From Felis catus (Eukaryota), in contig NC_058369.1 of NCBI RefSeq assembly GCF_018350175.1, positions 163,184,001 through 163,248,000 on the forward strand: a stretch of 64,000 bases of DNA, written 5' to 3'. The notes under the pieces are model-generated. The model was not told where the DNA came from. It saw only the letters and a program-made list of their open reading frames with translations, and did no database searches. The position numbers and the translations under genes are program-made. This document shows positions 1 to 14,212 of this stretch, piece by piece. The stretch's first letter is position 1. Every line of letters starts with the position of its first letter.

Positions 1-60
1 GCCCCCAAGTGCAGAGCTGAAGATCGCTTCAAGGCCCTGCCCTGTCCCCTTTCTCCCCAG

Positions 61-1068
61 GTGAGCGGGGTGCAACCCTGTCTGGTGGCCAGAAGCAGCG
101 CCTAGCCATTGCCCGTGCCCTCATCAAGCAGCCCACGGTGCTGATCCTGGACGAGGCAACCAGCGCACTAGACTCAGAGTCCGAGCGGGTCGTGCAGGAG
201 GCCCTGGACCGCGCCAGCACTGGCCGCACGGTGTTGGTCATCGCACACCGGCTCAGCACCGTGCGTGGGGCCCACCACATCGTCGTCATGGCCCACGGCC
301 AAGTCTGTGAGGTCAGCTGGGGGCCAGGCAGTGGGTTGGGACAGTTTCAGCCGTGGACGCAGTGGAAAGAGTGGCTCAGCTGTGAGGGTCTGGCCTGGCC
401 CTGGGAGCCTGGGGCGTATTCTGGAAGCAACACCCTGTGTGGATTCAGGAACTCCTGCCCTGGCCTCCCAGGGCCCGTTTCTTCCACTGTCCCGTGGGGT
501 AGTAGAACTACCTCATGACTCCCAGAACCGAAGGGAAGGGACTCAGAGAAGTGTGGAGAACCAGGGAGAAGGGGCCTAGGGGCTGAGGTACAGCAGAGGC
601 AGCACCAGGGACCCTGGAAAGGGGCTGGCCGGGAGCTGTTCTCCACAGGCTGGTCTGCAGCAAGGCCGGGAGGCTGCATGAGGCCCGGCCCCCAGCTCCC
701 AGCTGCTCACTCAAGTGAAAGCTGGAGTCTCTGGGTTCCATAAGGGAGATGCTCTTCCAAAACCCAGCTAAGCAGGGAGATGGCACTAGCAAGTTCAGAC
801 GTGCCGGTGCTCTGGGGTCATAGTGTCTCCAGGAGGGACGATGGCTGAGAGGACAGTGAGCTCGATGGCTGATAAGAAGCCAGCCCTCCTAGGGCTGTGA
901 ACTGTGTTGGGGTGACCATCTGCCCCTCCTTCCTCTCTCCAGGTGGGAACCCATGAAGAGCTCCTAAAGAAGGGTGGGCTCTATGCGGAGCTCATCCGGA
1001 GACAGGCCCTGGATGTCCCAGCTCCTGAGATGCCCAGAGGCCCCAGGAACCGCCACCCCAAGTCCTGA
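61..1068 (+). CDS. ABCB8: ABCB8, mitochondrial ABC transporter subfamily B member 8; last two coding exons (61-311, 943-1068); 5' part is outside the window
   Basis: Exon 61-311 (ag|...|gt) encodes [14 protein letters not shown] (ABC signature), [11 protein letters not shown] (Walker B/D-loop) and IAHRLST (H-loop). Exon 943-1068 encodes [23 protein letters not shown]...HPKS-stop. Position next to ASIC3/CDK5/SLC4A2 matches the known ABCB8 synteny. Confidence 0.93.
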
Positions 1069-2754
1069 GAGCAGCTGTTTAAGGTCTGGTTGCCGCCGAG
1101 CATCAGCACCCAGGACTGGGGCTCGGTTCAGGGGAGCTCCCAGGGACCAAACACCCAGGAAGACCAGTGCGCTGGGGTGTGGGCTGCTGCTCCCCTGCTC
1201 ACAGTGCAACCTGGGACTCTCGCTTAGCTGGAGGCAGGGAGGTCGGGACCATTCCCTCCGCCCCCCGCCCCCGTTTCCCCCTCCTGCCTACCTCCCTCCT
1301 GCCAGAGCCATGAGTCATTAGGCTGCACAGAGGAGGCAGAGTCCCCAGGCCCCTGCTCTGTTCCCTCCCTCTGCCCAGATCCTCCCAACCCCTCTCAGGA
1401 ACCCTGCCAAGTATCCCCCTACCTGATAGCCTAAAGGCTTCCGGCCCCACCTCTGTACAAATCAGGGGTTCACACTGGGGTTCCCCATACCCGTGCCAGG
1501 ACCTCACCGTCCTAGCCTGACTCCCCTCTCTCCTCCGTCCCCACTGCTTCTCTGAGCCCTGGGGGAAGGAACCCGCCCCTTGGGCCAGCCCCTCGAACCC
1601 ACAGTCCCCATCCTGAGAACAGCTTCCCCTCCTCCCTGCTCTGTGAATAATGGTCCTTTTTCTAGGTTTCATCCCCCCCTCCCACTCCTAGCCAGCGGAA
1701 CAAGTGCCCCACATGCCTCCAGCCCGTGGGAAGGGGGAGAAGGGGCAGGGCATGCCATGGTCTGTTCCTCAAGGAGCTTCCGGCTCACCAAGCCATCGCA
1801 GCCCTGCCCTGGCCCCGTGCACCTCGTCTCCGTCACCCTGTGAGATTGTGGACAGCCCCCTTACAAGAGGACACCCAGCCCTGAAGGAGACTAAGGAGGA
1901 ACCAACACACTCCAGGCTCCAGCCACAGGGGTCGTATGGTGCTGGTGGTCACCAGACCTCTAGGGAGAAGTTGATACTTTGCCCCCAGGCTGACAAAACA
2001 CAAAATCAGTTGGACAGGCAGTGCCCTGTGTCAGGGGCGGCAGCCGTGCGTAGGACCAGCAAAGCCCGCTGTAGCCAGAGGCCAGCCTGGAAGAAGCAGC
2101 AGCGGCTCAGGTGTGAGTGCAGGAGTCCCCACAGCCTCTTCTGAGTGTGGCTTAGGAGCAGATGCTCCTCTGGGACAAAGCACCTGAAATGTCCCCAGGC
2201 CACAGCCACCCTGGTTTGATACCTGCTTCCTTACAGATCAGAGGTCACTGCCGGGGCGGCCACAGCCCAGGGGGGCAGCGCGTGGGCTGGCTCTGGGTTG
2301 CTTTGCCGCTAAACGCCCACCCAGGAGGCACAGCCCAGAGCCAGCCTCCGCTCCCAGCCGGGTCCACGGCGGCCTGCGAGACCCCTCCCAGGGAGAGAGA
2401 GCAGACAAGCTCCTGCTCCCCCAGCTCCAGCCCCAGCCCCCCAGAGACCCCTCCTGATGCCAGACTCTGGTCTCTCCGGACCTCTTCAGGGCGGCCTCTC
2501 CAAATCCCAGCCCCCCCACCCCCCAATCCAGGGAAGTAGTGAGGTCTGTGGTCGGCCTTGAGCCGGAAGGTTGTGCGGTCAGCCTCACGCTCGCCACGTG
2601 GCCTCAGCCTCAACCTTGGCTCCGGCGACTATTCAACGTGGGTCGTAAGCCTGGCGGTACCTCATCCTGAGAGTTTAAGAGTTGAAATGGGATGATCTGT
2701 GGTAAAGTACTTAAAACTCCCAGTGCCACAGCCTCAGGAGCTGGTCATGTGTAC

Positions 2755-3000
2755 AATAAACTGTTGTTCACTCCCTGCTTCCAAGATCCGTGTATCATGT
2801 GCCGCACACCTGCCATGGGCGTGAGGATGTCCCCGCCCCGCCCCCCGTGAAAGTCTTGTCAGGAGGACAGACAGGTGGACAGGTGACGACAGCACAGCGT
2901 GATCATGGTCCGTTGGCGCACTGTGTTTCTTCCACTCACGGCCAGGAGCCCGCCAGTGTGAGCCCGGCGGCCTCAAGTGAAATAAGCTTCAGTAAATAAA
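2755..3000 (+). terminator. Candidate ABCB8 polyadenylation signals (AATAAA at 2755-2760 and 2995-3000)
   Basis: First canonical hexamers I found downstream of the ABCB8 stop; the first is followed by a GT/T-rich stretch (ctgttgttc). Usage is inferred. Confidence 0.5.
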
Positions 3001-3496
3001 TTAGTGGAGGTAAACCTGTGTTCTCCCAGGCCTACTGTACAGCGTCTCCCCATTCCCAGTACACAGGCAGGTGAAAATTTACTTCACCAAATGCGGGGCT
3101 GGACACCAGGCCCTGGCCATCCTCCTTGGGGGGGTGTCTGGGCTGACCCCACCCCTACTCCCCCCCCCCCCCCAGCCCTCAGCCACCAGGCTCTCCTGCT
3201 GTCCTTTGTCCCCATGCCTTGGATCAGCACGACACATTTGGCCCACTGCAGGCCAGTAGGTACCAGGCTTTCGGACCACCGCTCTACTTCCTGGAGGTAT
3301 CTGTCTGCTCCAGCTGCTGGGAGTCCTGCCCTGGCCGCCCCATCGTCTCCTCTGGATCATCGGCAGCATCATCAGTCAAATGGACCAGCTCTGCCCTCTC
3401 AAGGCTGGCATTGCCATGCCATGCTGGGCACTGTGGCCCGGGGCCCCCAGCTGGGTCGGGGCACTGTATCTCTTCCTTTAGAAAAGCCCCCCTGCA

Positions 3497-3597
3497 GGGG
3501 CACCCAGCTGGCTCCGTGGGTAGAACATGTGACTTTTGATCTCAGCGTCATGAGTTCAAGCCCCATGTTAGGCACAGAGCCTACTTAAAAAAAAAAA
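3497..3597 (+). mobile_element. Short old CAN-SINE (SINEC, tRNA-derived)
   Basis: ggggcacccagctggctc...gagttcaagcccc... tRNA-like A/B boxes followed by a poly-A tail. Confidence 0.75.
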
Positions 3598-3608
3598 GAA
3601 GAAGAAGA

Positions 3609-3830
3609 GGGGCACCTGGGTGGCTCAATCAGTTAAGCATCCAACTTCAGCTCAGGTCATGATCTCATGGTTTGTGAGTTCGAGCCCTGCATTGGGCTCT
3701 GTGCTGACCGCTCGGAGCCTGGAGCCTGCTCCGGTTTCTGTGACTCCCCCTCTCTGTGTGTCTCCCCTCCCCTGCTCACCCTTTCTCCCTCTCTCTCAGA
3801 AATAAACATTTAAAAATTAAAAAACAAAAA
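3609..3830 (+). mobile_element. CAN-SINE (SINEC_Fc-like)
   Basis: ggggcacctgggtggctcaatcagttaag...gagcctggagcctgc...(ct)n...aataaa, A-rich tail. Confidence 0.92.
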
Positions 3831-3849
3831 CCCCGCCCGCCCACTCCTG

Positions 3850-4170
3850 CAAAACAGGCACACTGCCCACCATGATACAGGTGTGCAAAATGGTAGAATT
3901 CCCACAGTGGGGAGTTTTGTGGTATCTACCAAATTATCCATTCAGCTGCCTCTTGACCCAGCAGTTCTATTTCTGGGAATTTACAACCATGCAATGGTAT
4001 TGAGAGCACCATTGTTGACAATGGAAGACTGGAAACCCCCAGTGTTCATCAATGGGACTGTGAGTAGATAAAACTTGGTCCGCCCACATAGTGGAATAGA
4101 ATGCATCCATTTAAAAAATGGGGAAGCTTTCCAGGGACGAGGTAATTCCAGTCTCCAGAATGTTTTTAAG
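3850..4170 (+). mobile_element. Degraded ancient L1 (L1M-type) 3' fragment
   Basis: AT-rich segment with ctcttgacccagcagttctatttctgggaattta and gaagactggaaa, typical of old L1 3' regions; recognised by eye only. Confidence 0.5.
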
Positions 4171-5131
4171 TGAAAAAAAAAAAAAAATGAAATTCTAGGG
4201 CACCCGTGTTCCCCCGGAGAGTGCCGCAGTCACTGTGGCAGAGGCCAGCCTCTCAGGAGGCCTCAGCATGGGGAGGTGGGAAGAGGACACTCAGACCACT
4301 CCGGGACTTGAGACCTGCAGAGACTCTGGCCACGCGGCGTAGGCTGCTGGGGGCTCGAATCTGCCGACTCCAAACTTCCCACCACTTTCCAGCCTGGTCA
4401 AGAGCCAACTCCTCTCTTTGTGAAGGAGCAAATTATCCCAAGTGAGGTTAGTGGGAAGGGAGGAGAGACAAAAGGAGGGAGGGACCGGGCCGAGGGTCAG
4501 CAACTGACCCTCCACCCAACCGCAAGGGCCGCAGCTGGGAGCCTAGAGGGCCATTAAGGCACCCCCAGCCCCGACATCTCTCCAGACTCCCTTCAAGCCC
4601 TACCCGGGATTGCTGTGGTTTTCCGCTGGCGCCTCTGGCCTCCACAGCCACGCCCCTCCCCCCCAACACGCTGCACTAATGGCTCAGCCTGGGGCCCCAG
4701 GGACCTTCCCTGCCCCCCAGACTGCTCTGCGGGCCCCCTTGCCCCCTCACTGCTGAAACCCAATCCTCTGCGGCAGCCCTGGCTCCGCAGAGCAGCCTCC
4801 AGCAGAGCGGCCCCTGCCTCCCAACTCGGCTGCGCCCTACCTGGCCTCTCCTGCCGAGCCCCCGGCCCAGCGCTGAGCCTAGTGGAGCCCCGGCTGGTTC
4901 CTTCGAGACAGCCGAGCCGAACCTGCCTGGCCAGTGCCTTCCCGCTTCTTGGTTTGGACCCCTCTCCCCACTCTCTCCTCCCCTCTCCTTCCCTGCAGTG
5001 ACCCCTGCCCGGCCCCCCAAATCCTCAGTCCCTCCCAGTCCTCGGACTGACCCTCTTTCCTCTCTCCAAGTCCCTGCAGCCTGATCGCCAATCCCCAGCC
5101 CTCTCAGTGTCCCCCACCCTGGACCTCAGCC

Positions 5132-8059
5132 ATGAAGCCCCATCCTGGGCCAGAGGAGGCCCGGCGGCCAGCTTCGGACATCCGCGTGTTCGCCAGCAGC
5201 TGCACGATGCATGGGCTGGGCCACGTCTTCGGCCCTGGGGGCCTGACGCCTCGCCGAGGGCTCTGGGCCGCAGCCGTGCTCCTGTCGCTGGCCGCCTTCC
5301 TCTACCAGGTGGCTGAGAGGGTGCGCTACTACGGGGAGTTCCACCATGAGACAGCCCTGGACGAGCGCGAAAGCCACCGGCTCACCTTCCCCGCCATCAC
5401 CCTGTGCAACATCAACCCACTGCGCCGCTCACGCCTCACGCCCAACGACCTGCACTGGGCTGGGCCCGCGCTGCTGGGCGTGGAGCCCGCTGAGCATGCC
5501 GCCTTCCTGCGCGCCCTGGGCCGGCCCCCCGCGCCCCCCCGGCTTCATGCCCAGTCCCACCTTCGACATGGCTCGACTGTACGCCAGGGCCGGACACGCC
5601 CTGGAGGAAATGCTGCTGGATTGCCGCTACCGAGGCTGGCCGTGCGGTCCTGAGAACTTCACCGTGGTGAGCTGGCTGCCGGCCCGGCCTACCAGGGACC
5701 CGGCCAGTCCCTGCCCAGGACCCGTAATTCCCCCAGCCTTGCTGGCCCAGGCTCCTCCTAAGCTAGGGGACCTTCACACCTGTGCCGGGGATCCTTTCCT
5801 TCCCAGCCGGGCAACGGGCTCCACACCCCACCAGTGCCTTTCTGTCCAGCCCAGGAGACGGCCCTCCTTGGGGACCCCTGCCTGCCATTCAGCTGGACTG
5901 CAATGTACAAGGTCATGCCTTCCAGCACAGGGCACTCACTGGGGCTGGCTCTGGGCCCGAGCTCTGGTCTGTGGAGCCCCTGCCCCTGGGGCCTGGGGGG
6001 AATCTAGTGGGGCCGTTCTAGAGCAGAACCCTCTCCTGCCTGGGGGAGTGGGCTTGTCTTCCCTCTTCCTCTCCAACATTCTGCCAGTCCTGGAGGAGGG
6101 CAACTGAGACCCACTTCCTTTCTTGCCATTCTCTGAAGACACACTTGTCCTACAGGCTGTGCCCTGGGCTGGGGGGCTGGGGGGCTGAGGAAGGGGGAGG
6201 AGGGGCTGCGGTGATGGGAGCCCACAAGGGTCCAACTAGCTGTGCTGGTAAGTGGGAGGGGCTGGGGGCACTGAGATGTGGGTTCCGTGTTCAAAGAGAC
6301 CACATAGAGGATGGGGAGGGGAGAGGTCTCATGTTTGCCTGGGGGAAAGAGCTGGCCAGGCTCCTTGTCCCCTAGTGAGCTCTGTCCCCCATCTGCTCAC
6401 CCACAGATCTTCACCCGGATGGGTCAGTGCTACACCTTTAACTCCGGCGCGGATGGGGCAGAGCTGCTCACCACTCCCAAGGGCGGCATGGGCAACGGGC
6501 TGGAGATCATGCTGGATGTGCAGCAGGATGAGTATCTGCCCGTGTGGAGGGACATGGGTATGGAGGCACCCGTGTCAGGCTGGAGGGGTGGCAGAGATGG
6601 TGTACAAAAGGCTCTGGGAAGGAGAGGAGGCGCTAGGAAGGGCCCCAGAGGAGTACATCCTCTTCTGTGAAGTGGGGGAAAGGGGGGCGGGCAGGGTTGG
6701 CCAGTCACAGTCCTGGGGCCAGCCGTCTGCAGCAGGGGGGCTCCTGGGACACAGGCGTCAGGGTCCCCCTTTCCCCTGCAGAGGAGACCCCGTTCGAGGT
6801 GGGGGTCCGAGTGCAGATCCACAGCCAGGAGGAGCCGCCCACCATCGACCAGCTGGGCTTCGGGGCAGCCCCCGGCTACCAGACCTTCGTGTCCTGCCAG
6901 CAACAGCGAGTATCCTCACGGGTTTTTCCAACCCCCTCCTTCAGCCGCAACATCTCAGACCACCCCAGGGGCCTCCAGCCCTCGGCATGCTGTCTCGGTG
7001 ACCACTCACACTGCACCTGGTCGCCCCACTTCTCCCCGAAGCCTCCTTAACCCGACCAACTACAGCTGAGCTTCCTGCCACCACCCTGGGGTGACTGCAG
7101 CTCCGCACCTCTGGACCCCGACTTTGAGCCGGAACCTTCTGGTCCCCTAGGTCCTCCCAGCCCCAGCCCAGGCCCCCAAGCCCCCTATAGTCTGATGGGG
7201 TGTCGCCTGGCCTGTGAGGCCCGCTATGTGGCTCGGAAGTGTGGCTGCCGAATGATGCATATGCCAGGTAAGGAGCTGGTGGGGGCGGAGGCGGGGGTCC
7301 AGGTACCGCGAAGGGGCCTGGGAGCTGCTCCTGAAGCGGTCTCCTCCCCCACCACGCCAGGCGGGGCGCCAGTGTGCAGCCCCCAGCAATACAAGGACTG
7401 CGCGGACCCGGCGCTGGGTAAGGGGCAGACCTCCCCCGCGTCCCCATCCCCGCTCGGCTCCGGCTCCCGGACTCGCCGGCCGGGTGGCCCTGACTCAGGT
7501 GACTGTGGTGGCCCTTAGACGCCATGCTGCGGAAGGACGCGTGCACCTGCCCCAACCCCTGCGCCAGCACGCGCTACGCCAAGGAGCTCTCCATGGTGCG
7601 GATCCCGAGCCGCGCCGCCGCCCGCTACCTGGCCCGGAAACACAACCGCAGCGAGGCCTACATCGTGTGAGTCGGGCCATCCGGGACCAGACGGGGCAGG
7701 GTGGGGGGAAGGGCGGGGGCACCCTCCCGCGGGCGAGCCTTCGTGCGCACACCCGGGTGCAAGCCCAGCTTGTACATCATCGCGGGGCTCCTGGGACTCT
7801 GGCCAAGCTGTTTAACCTTTGTGATAGCATCTCTTCTGCAAATGGGGCCGTGACACCCGTCCCGGGGCTCTTAAGAGGAGTCACAGACTGGAGATCGCGC
7901 ACCTCTCTCCTGCCAGCAGCTATCACCTGGGGGTGTCCAGCGAGCTTTCTTGGCCTCTTTTCCTCCAGAGAGAACGTGCTCGTGCTGGACATCTTCTTTG
8001 AGGCCCTCAACTATGAGACCGTGGAGCAGAAAAAGGCCTATGAAGTGTCAGAACTGCTC

Positions 8060-8104
<45 letters not shown>

Positions 8105-8884
8105 ACGCACGCGTGCATCCAGGTCATCCAGAAGTCTGGGGAGGTGTGGGCTTGGCAGGTGGCTGTGAGCTGATGGGTAACCTGGTCTCCACAGGCGACA
8201 TTGGGGGCCAGATGGGGCTGTTCATCGGGGCCAGCCTGCTCACCATCCTTGAGATCCTGGACTACCTCTGTGAGGTGGGCCTGAGCCCCACCTGGGGGAG
8301 GGGGAAGGAATCAATGCATAAGATCCAGGAGAAGGTGTGCAATGGCCACTTCCCCCACTGCTTGCCCCCAGGTGTTCCAAGACAGGGTCCTGGGATACTT
8401 CTGGAACCGGAAGCACTCCCAAAGGCACTCTAGCACCAATCTGGTAACAAACCCTTCTTCCTTCCTTGCCATCTCCAATGTCTTCCCCTGAAGCCTAGAA
8501 CACCATCCCTACCCAGCTGAGGAAAGAATGGTGGGGGAGGAGCGTGCAGTGACTTTGGCTGGTCCTGGGAGGGAGGACTCCTCCCCACCTCTGACCCTCT
8601 CCCTCCTCCCACAGCTTCAGGAAGGGCTGGGCAGCCATGGAACCCAAGTTCCCCACCTCAGCCTGGGCCCCAGGTAACAAGAAATGGCTCCCTATTTCAA
8701 GGGAGGAGGGGCAGGTCCAGTCTAGGGGGTGACACCGAGGTTCAGGAGGGGAGGGCAGTGGGAACAAGGCCTCCTGTCCCAGCGCAGTGGTCTGGGTCTC
8801 ACCAGGCCCCCCACCCCTCCCTGTGCCGTCACCAAGACTCTGTCTGCCTCCCACCGCACCTGCTACCTCGTCACACGGCTCTAG
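5132..8884 (+). CDS. ASIC3: ASIC3, acid-sensing ion channel 3; 11 coding exons: 5132-5666, 6407-6557, 6782-6909, 7066-7267, 7361-7417, 7519-7666, 7969-8060, 8195-8274, 8372-8443, 8615-8673, 8806-8884; one extra C in exon 1 (C7 run 5534-5540)
   Basis: N-terminal [12 protein letters not shown] (HG motif), [13 protein letters not shown], cysteine-rich thumb, [14 protein letters not shown] (DEG site/GAS belt), C-terminal PDZ-type VTRL. All splice sites are GT-AG and phases are consistent. Gives 533 aa after removing one base in exon 1. Confidence 0.95.
6910..7065 (+). other. U12-type GT-AG intron (ASIC3 intron 3)
   Basis: 5' site GTATCCTC, branch site TCCTTAAC at 7044-7051 close to the AG at 7064-7065, no polypyrimidine tract. 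Confidence 0.85.
8061..8100 (+). repeat. (GT)20 microsatellite starting at the ASIC3 exon 7 splice donor
   Basis: Directly visible perfect dinucleotide run. Confidence 0.97.
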
Positions 8885-8966
8885 ACCTGGCATCTGTGTC
8901 TTCTGGGCTGCACCCTGACATCTTGGACGGGCCCAGCCTGCACATGTCTCTGCCCTCTTCACCCCA

Positions 8967-8972
8967 AATAAA
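8967..8972 (+). terminator. ASIC3 polyadenylation signal AATAAA
   Basis: Canonical hexamer about 80 nt after the stop codon. Confidence 0.8.
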
Positions 8973-10035
8973 GTTCTAATGCGTCAGCCTCAGCTGTTTC
9001 TCTCACAGCCAGACTAGTCAGGCTAAGGTCAAAGAAGACCTCTGCCCACCAACCTCCAGTGGACGGCGTCTGAGATGCAGATGGGTCCCAGTCAACCACC
9101 ACAAATCTCTCTGGGCGAAAAGAGTAGTGAGAGGGCGTCCTCCCGTTGCACCTCAGCATGAAGGAGTTTATCAAAATGACATCTCAGAGAGAAAGGAGTC
9201 CAAAGCCCGGTATCAAGGCAAAGAGGACTCAGTGGGAGGACAGTTATGTTCGGGGCACACAAGGGAATAGTTGAAGAAGGCTCTGACCCACAGCCTGGCA
9301 AGAAGTGGGGGGCAGGGAGAGGACAGAGGGTGTGTAGCCACTTCCAAGAACACAAGCTGCTGTCCGCCTTAGATCATGACTCTTTTCTCACGTTTGGGAC
9401 CAAGCACCAGCACACCACCTGTCTCCATGGGAACTGCTCTGCGTCTCCAACCTTCCCAAAGAGCAGAAGGTCCCAGCTTGAGATGGTGGAGGGAGGCCTT
9501 CCCTTCCCACTCCTGCCAGTAAGAAGACATCCTGGCCCCAGCTACAGCCCCATCCCTGCTCTTTCTCTGTACCTCACATATTGGAAAACTGACAAGGGAG
9601 CAGGGGAAGGGATGTTCCTCGTCTAACCGCATCTTTGGATCCCTGCTGTCCCAGCCTATCAGCCTGGGTATGGGGGGTGGGGATGAAGGGAAAGATGGGG
9701 AGGTACACGTGGGGTATGGAGAGCCGTGAAGAAAGGCCCCGCCCTTTTTCTCCCCATTCTGGTGCAGGCCCATCCTGACTCTGACACTGGCTGCCAGCAT
9801 AAGCCCATGTGCGGGGGTGGTACTGCCCCGAGCCCAGCCGTCAGGGGTGGGGGGCGGTGCCCCCAGCCCCCAAGTGTCAGGCCACTCAGAGTAGTGGAGC
9901 AAAGGCTGGACCGCTGGGCTGGGTCTGAGCCAGAAGCAAGGCCGGAGAGGGCGGTAAAACAGAGACCCCTGCCCAAGCCCACCCGCCTCTCAGAGCCACT
10001 CTACCACATCAGCCAGACTGTGGGAAAGGAGCCAA

Positions 10036-10041
10036 TTTATG
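10036..10041 (-). terminator. Likely CDK5 polyadenylation signal (variant CATAAA)
   Basis: Minus strand reads ...ctttatttaatttCATAAAttggctcc..., the only AU-rich patch about 170 nt after the CDK5 stop. Confidence 0.55.
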
Positions 10042-10210
10042 AAATTAAATAAAGTCCACGGAGGGAGTGAAGAACACGGGCCGGGGCACCCCCACCCCGG
10101 CCGGGCCCAGCACAGCTGGAGCTCAGCACCCCGTGCACCCCCGGCTTTTCCTCCCCTCCCAGGAGGGGGCTTAAATAGGCCAGGCCCCAGCCCGGCCAAG
10201 GTCCTGGAGC

Positions 10211-14212
<4,002 letters not shown>

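Noticed and set aside
3497-3720. tRNA-like A/B boxes (tggctcagtcgg...gttcgagccc)
   Set aside because: tRNA-derived SINE heads with (CT)n and poly-A tails; no cloverleaf or acceptor stem, so not tRNA genes.
1199-5091. Many 60-190 aa ORFs between ABCB8 and ASIC3
   Set aside because: No recognisable domains, many non-ATG starts, Pro/Gly/Arg-rich composition expected from GC-rich UTR and intergenic DNA.
5132-8884. Calling ASIC3 a pseudogene
   Set aside because: There is only one lesion, in a homopolymer, with everything else intact; kept as CDS and flagged as a finding.
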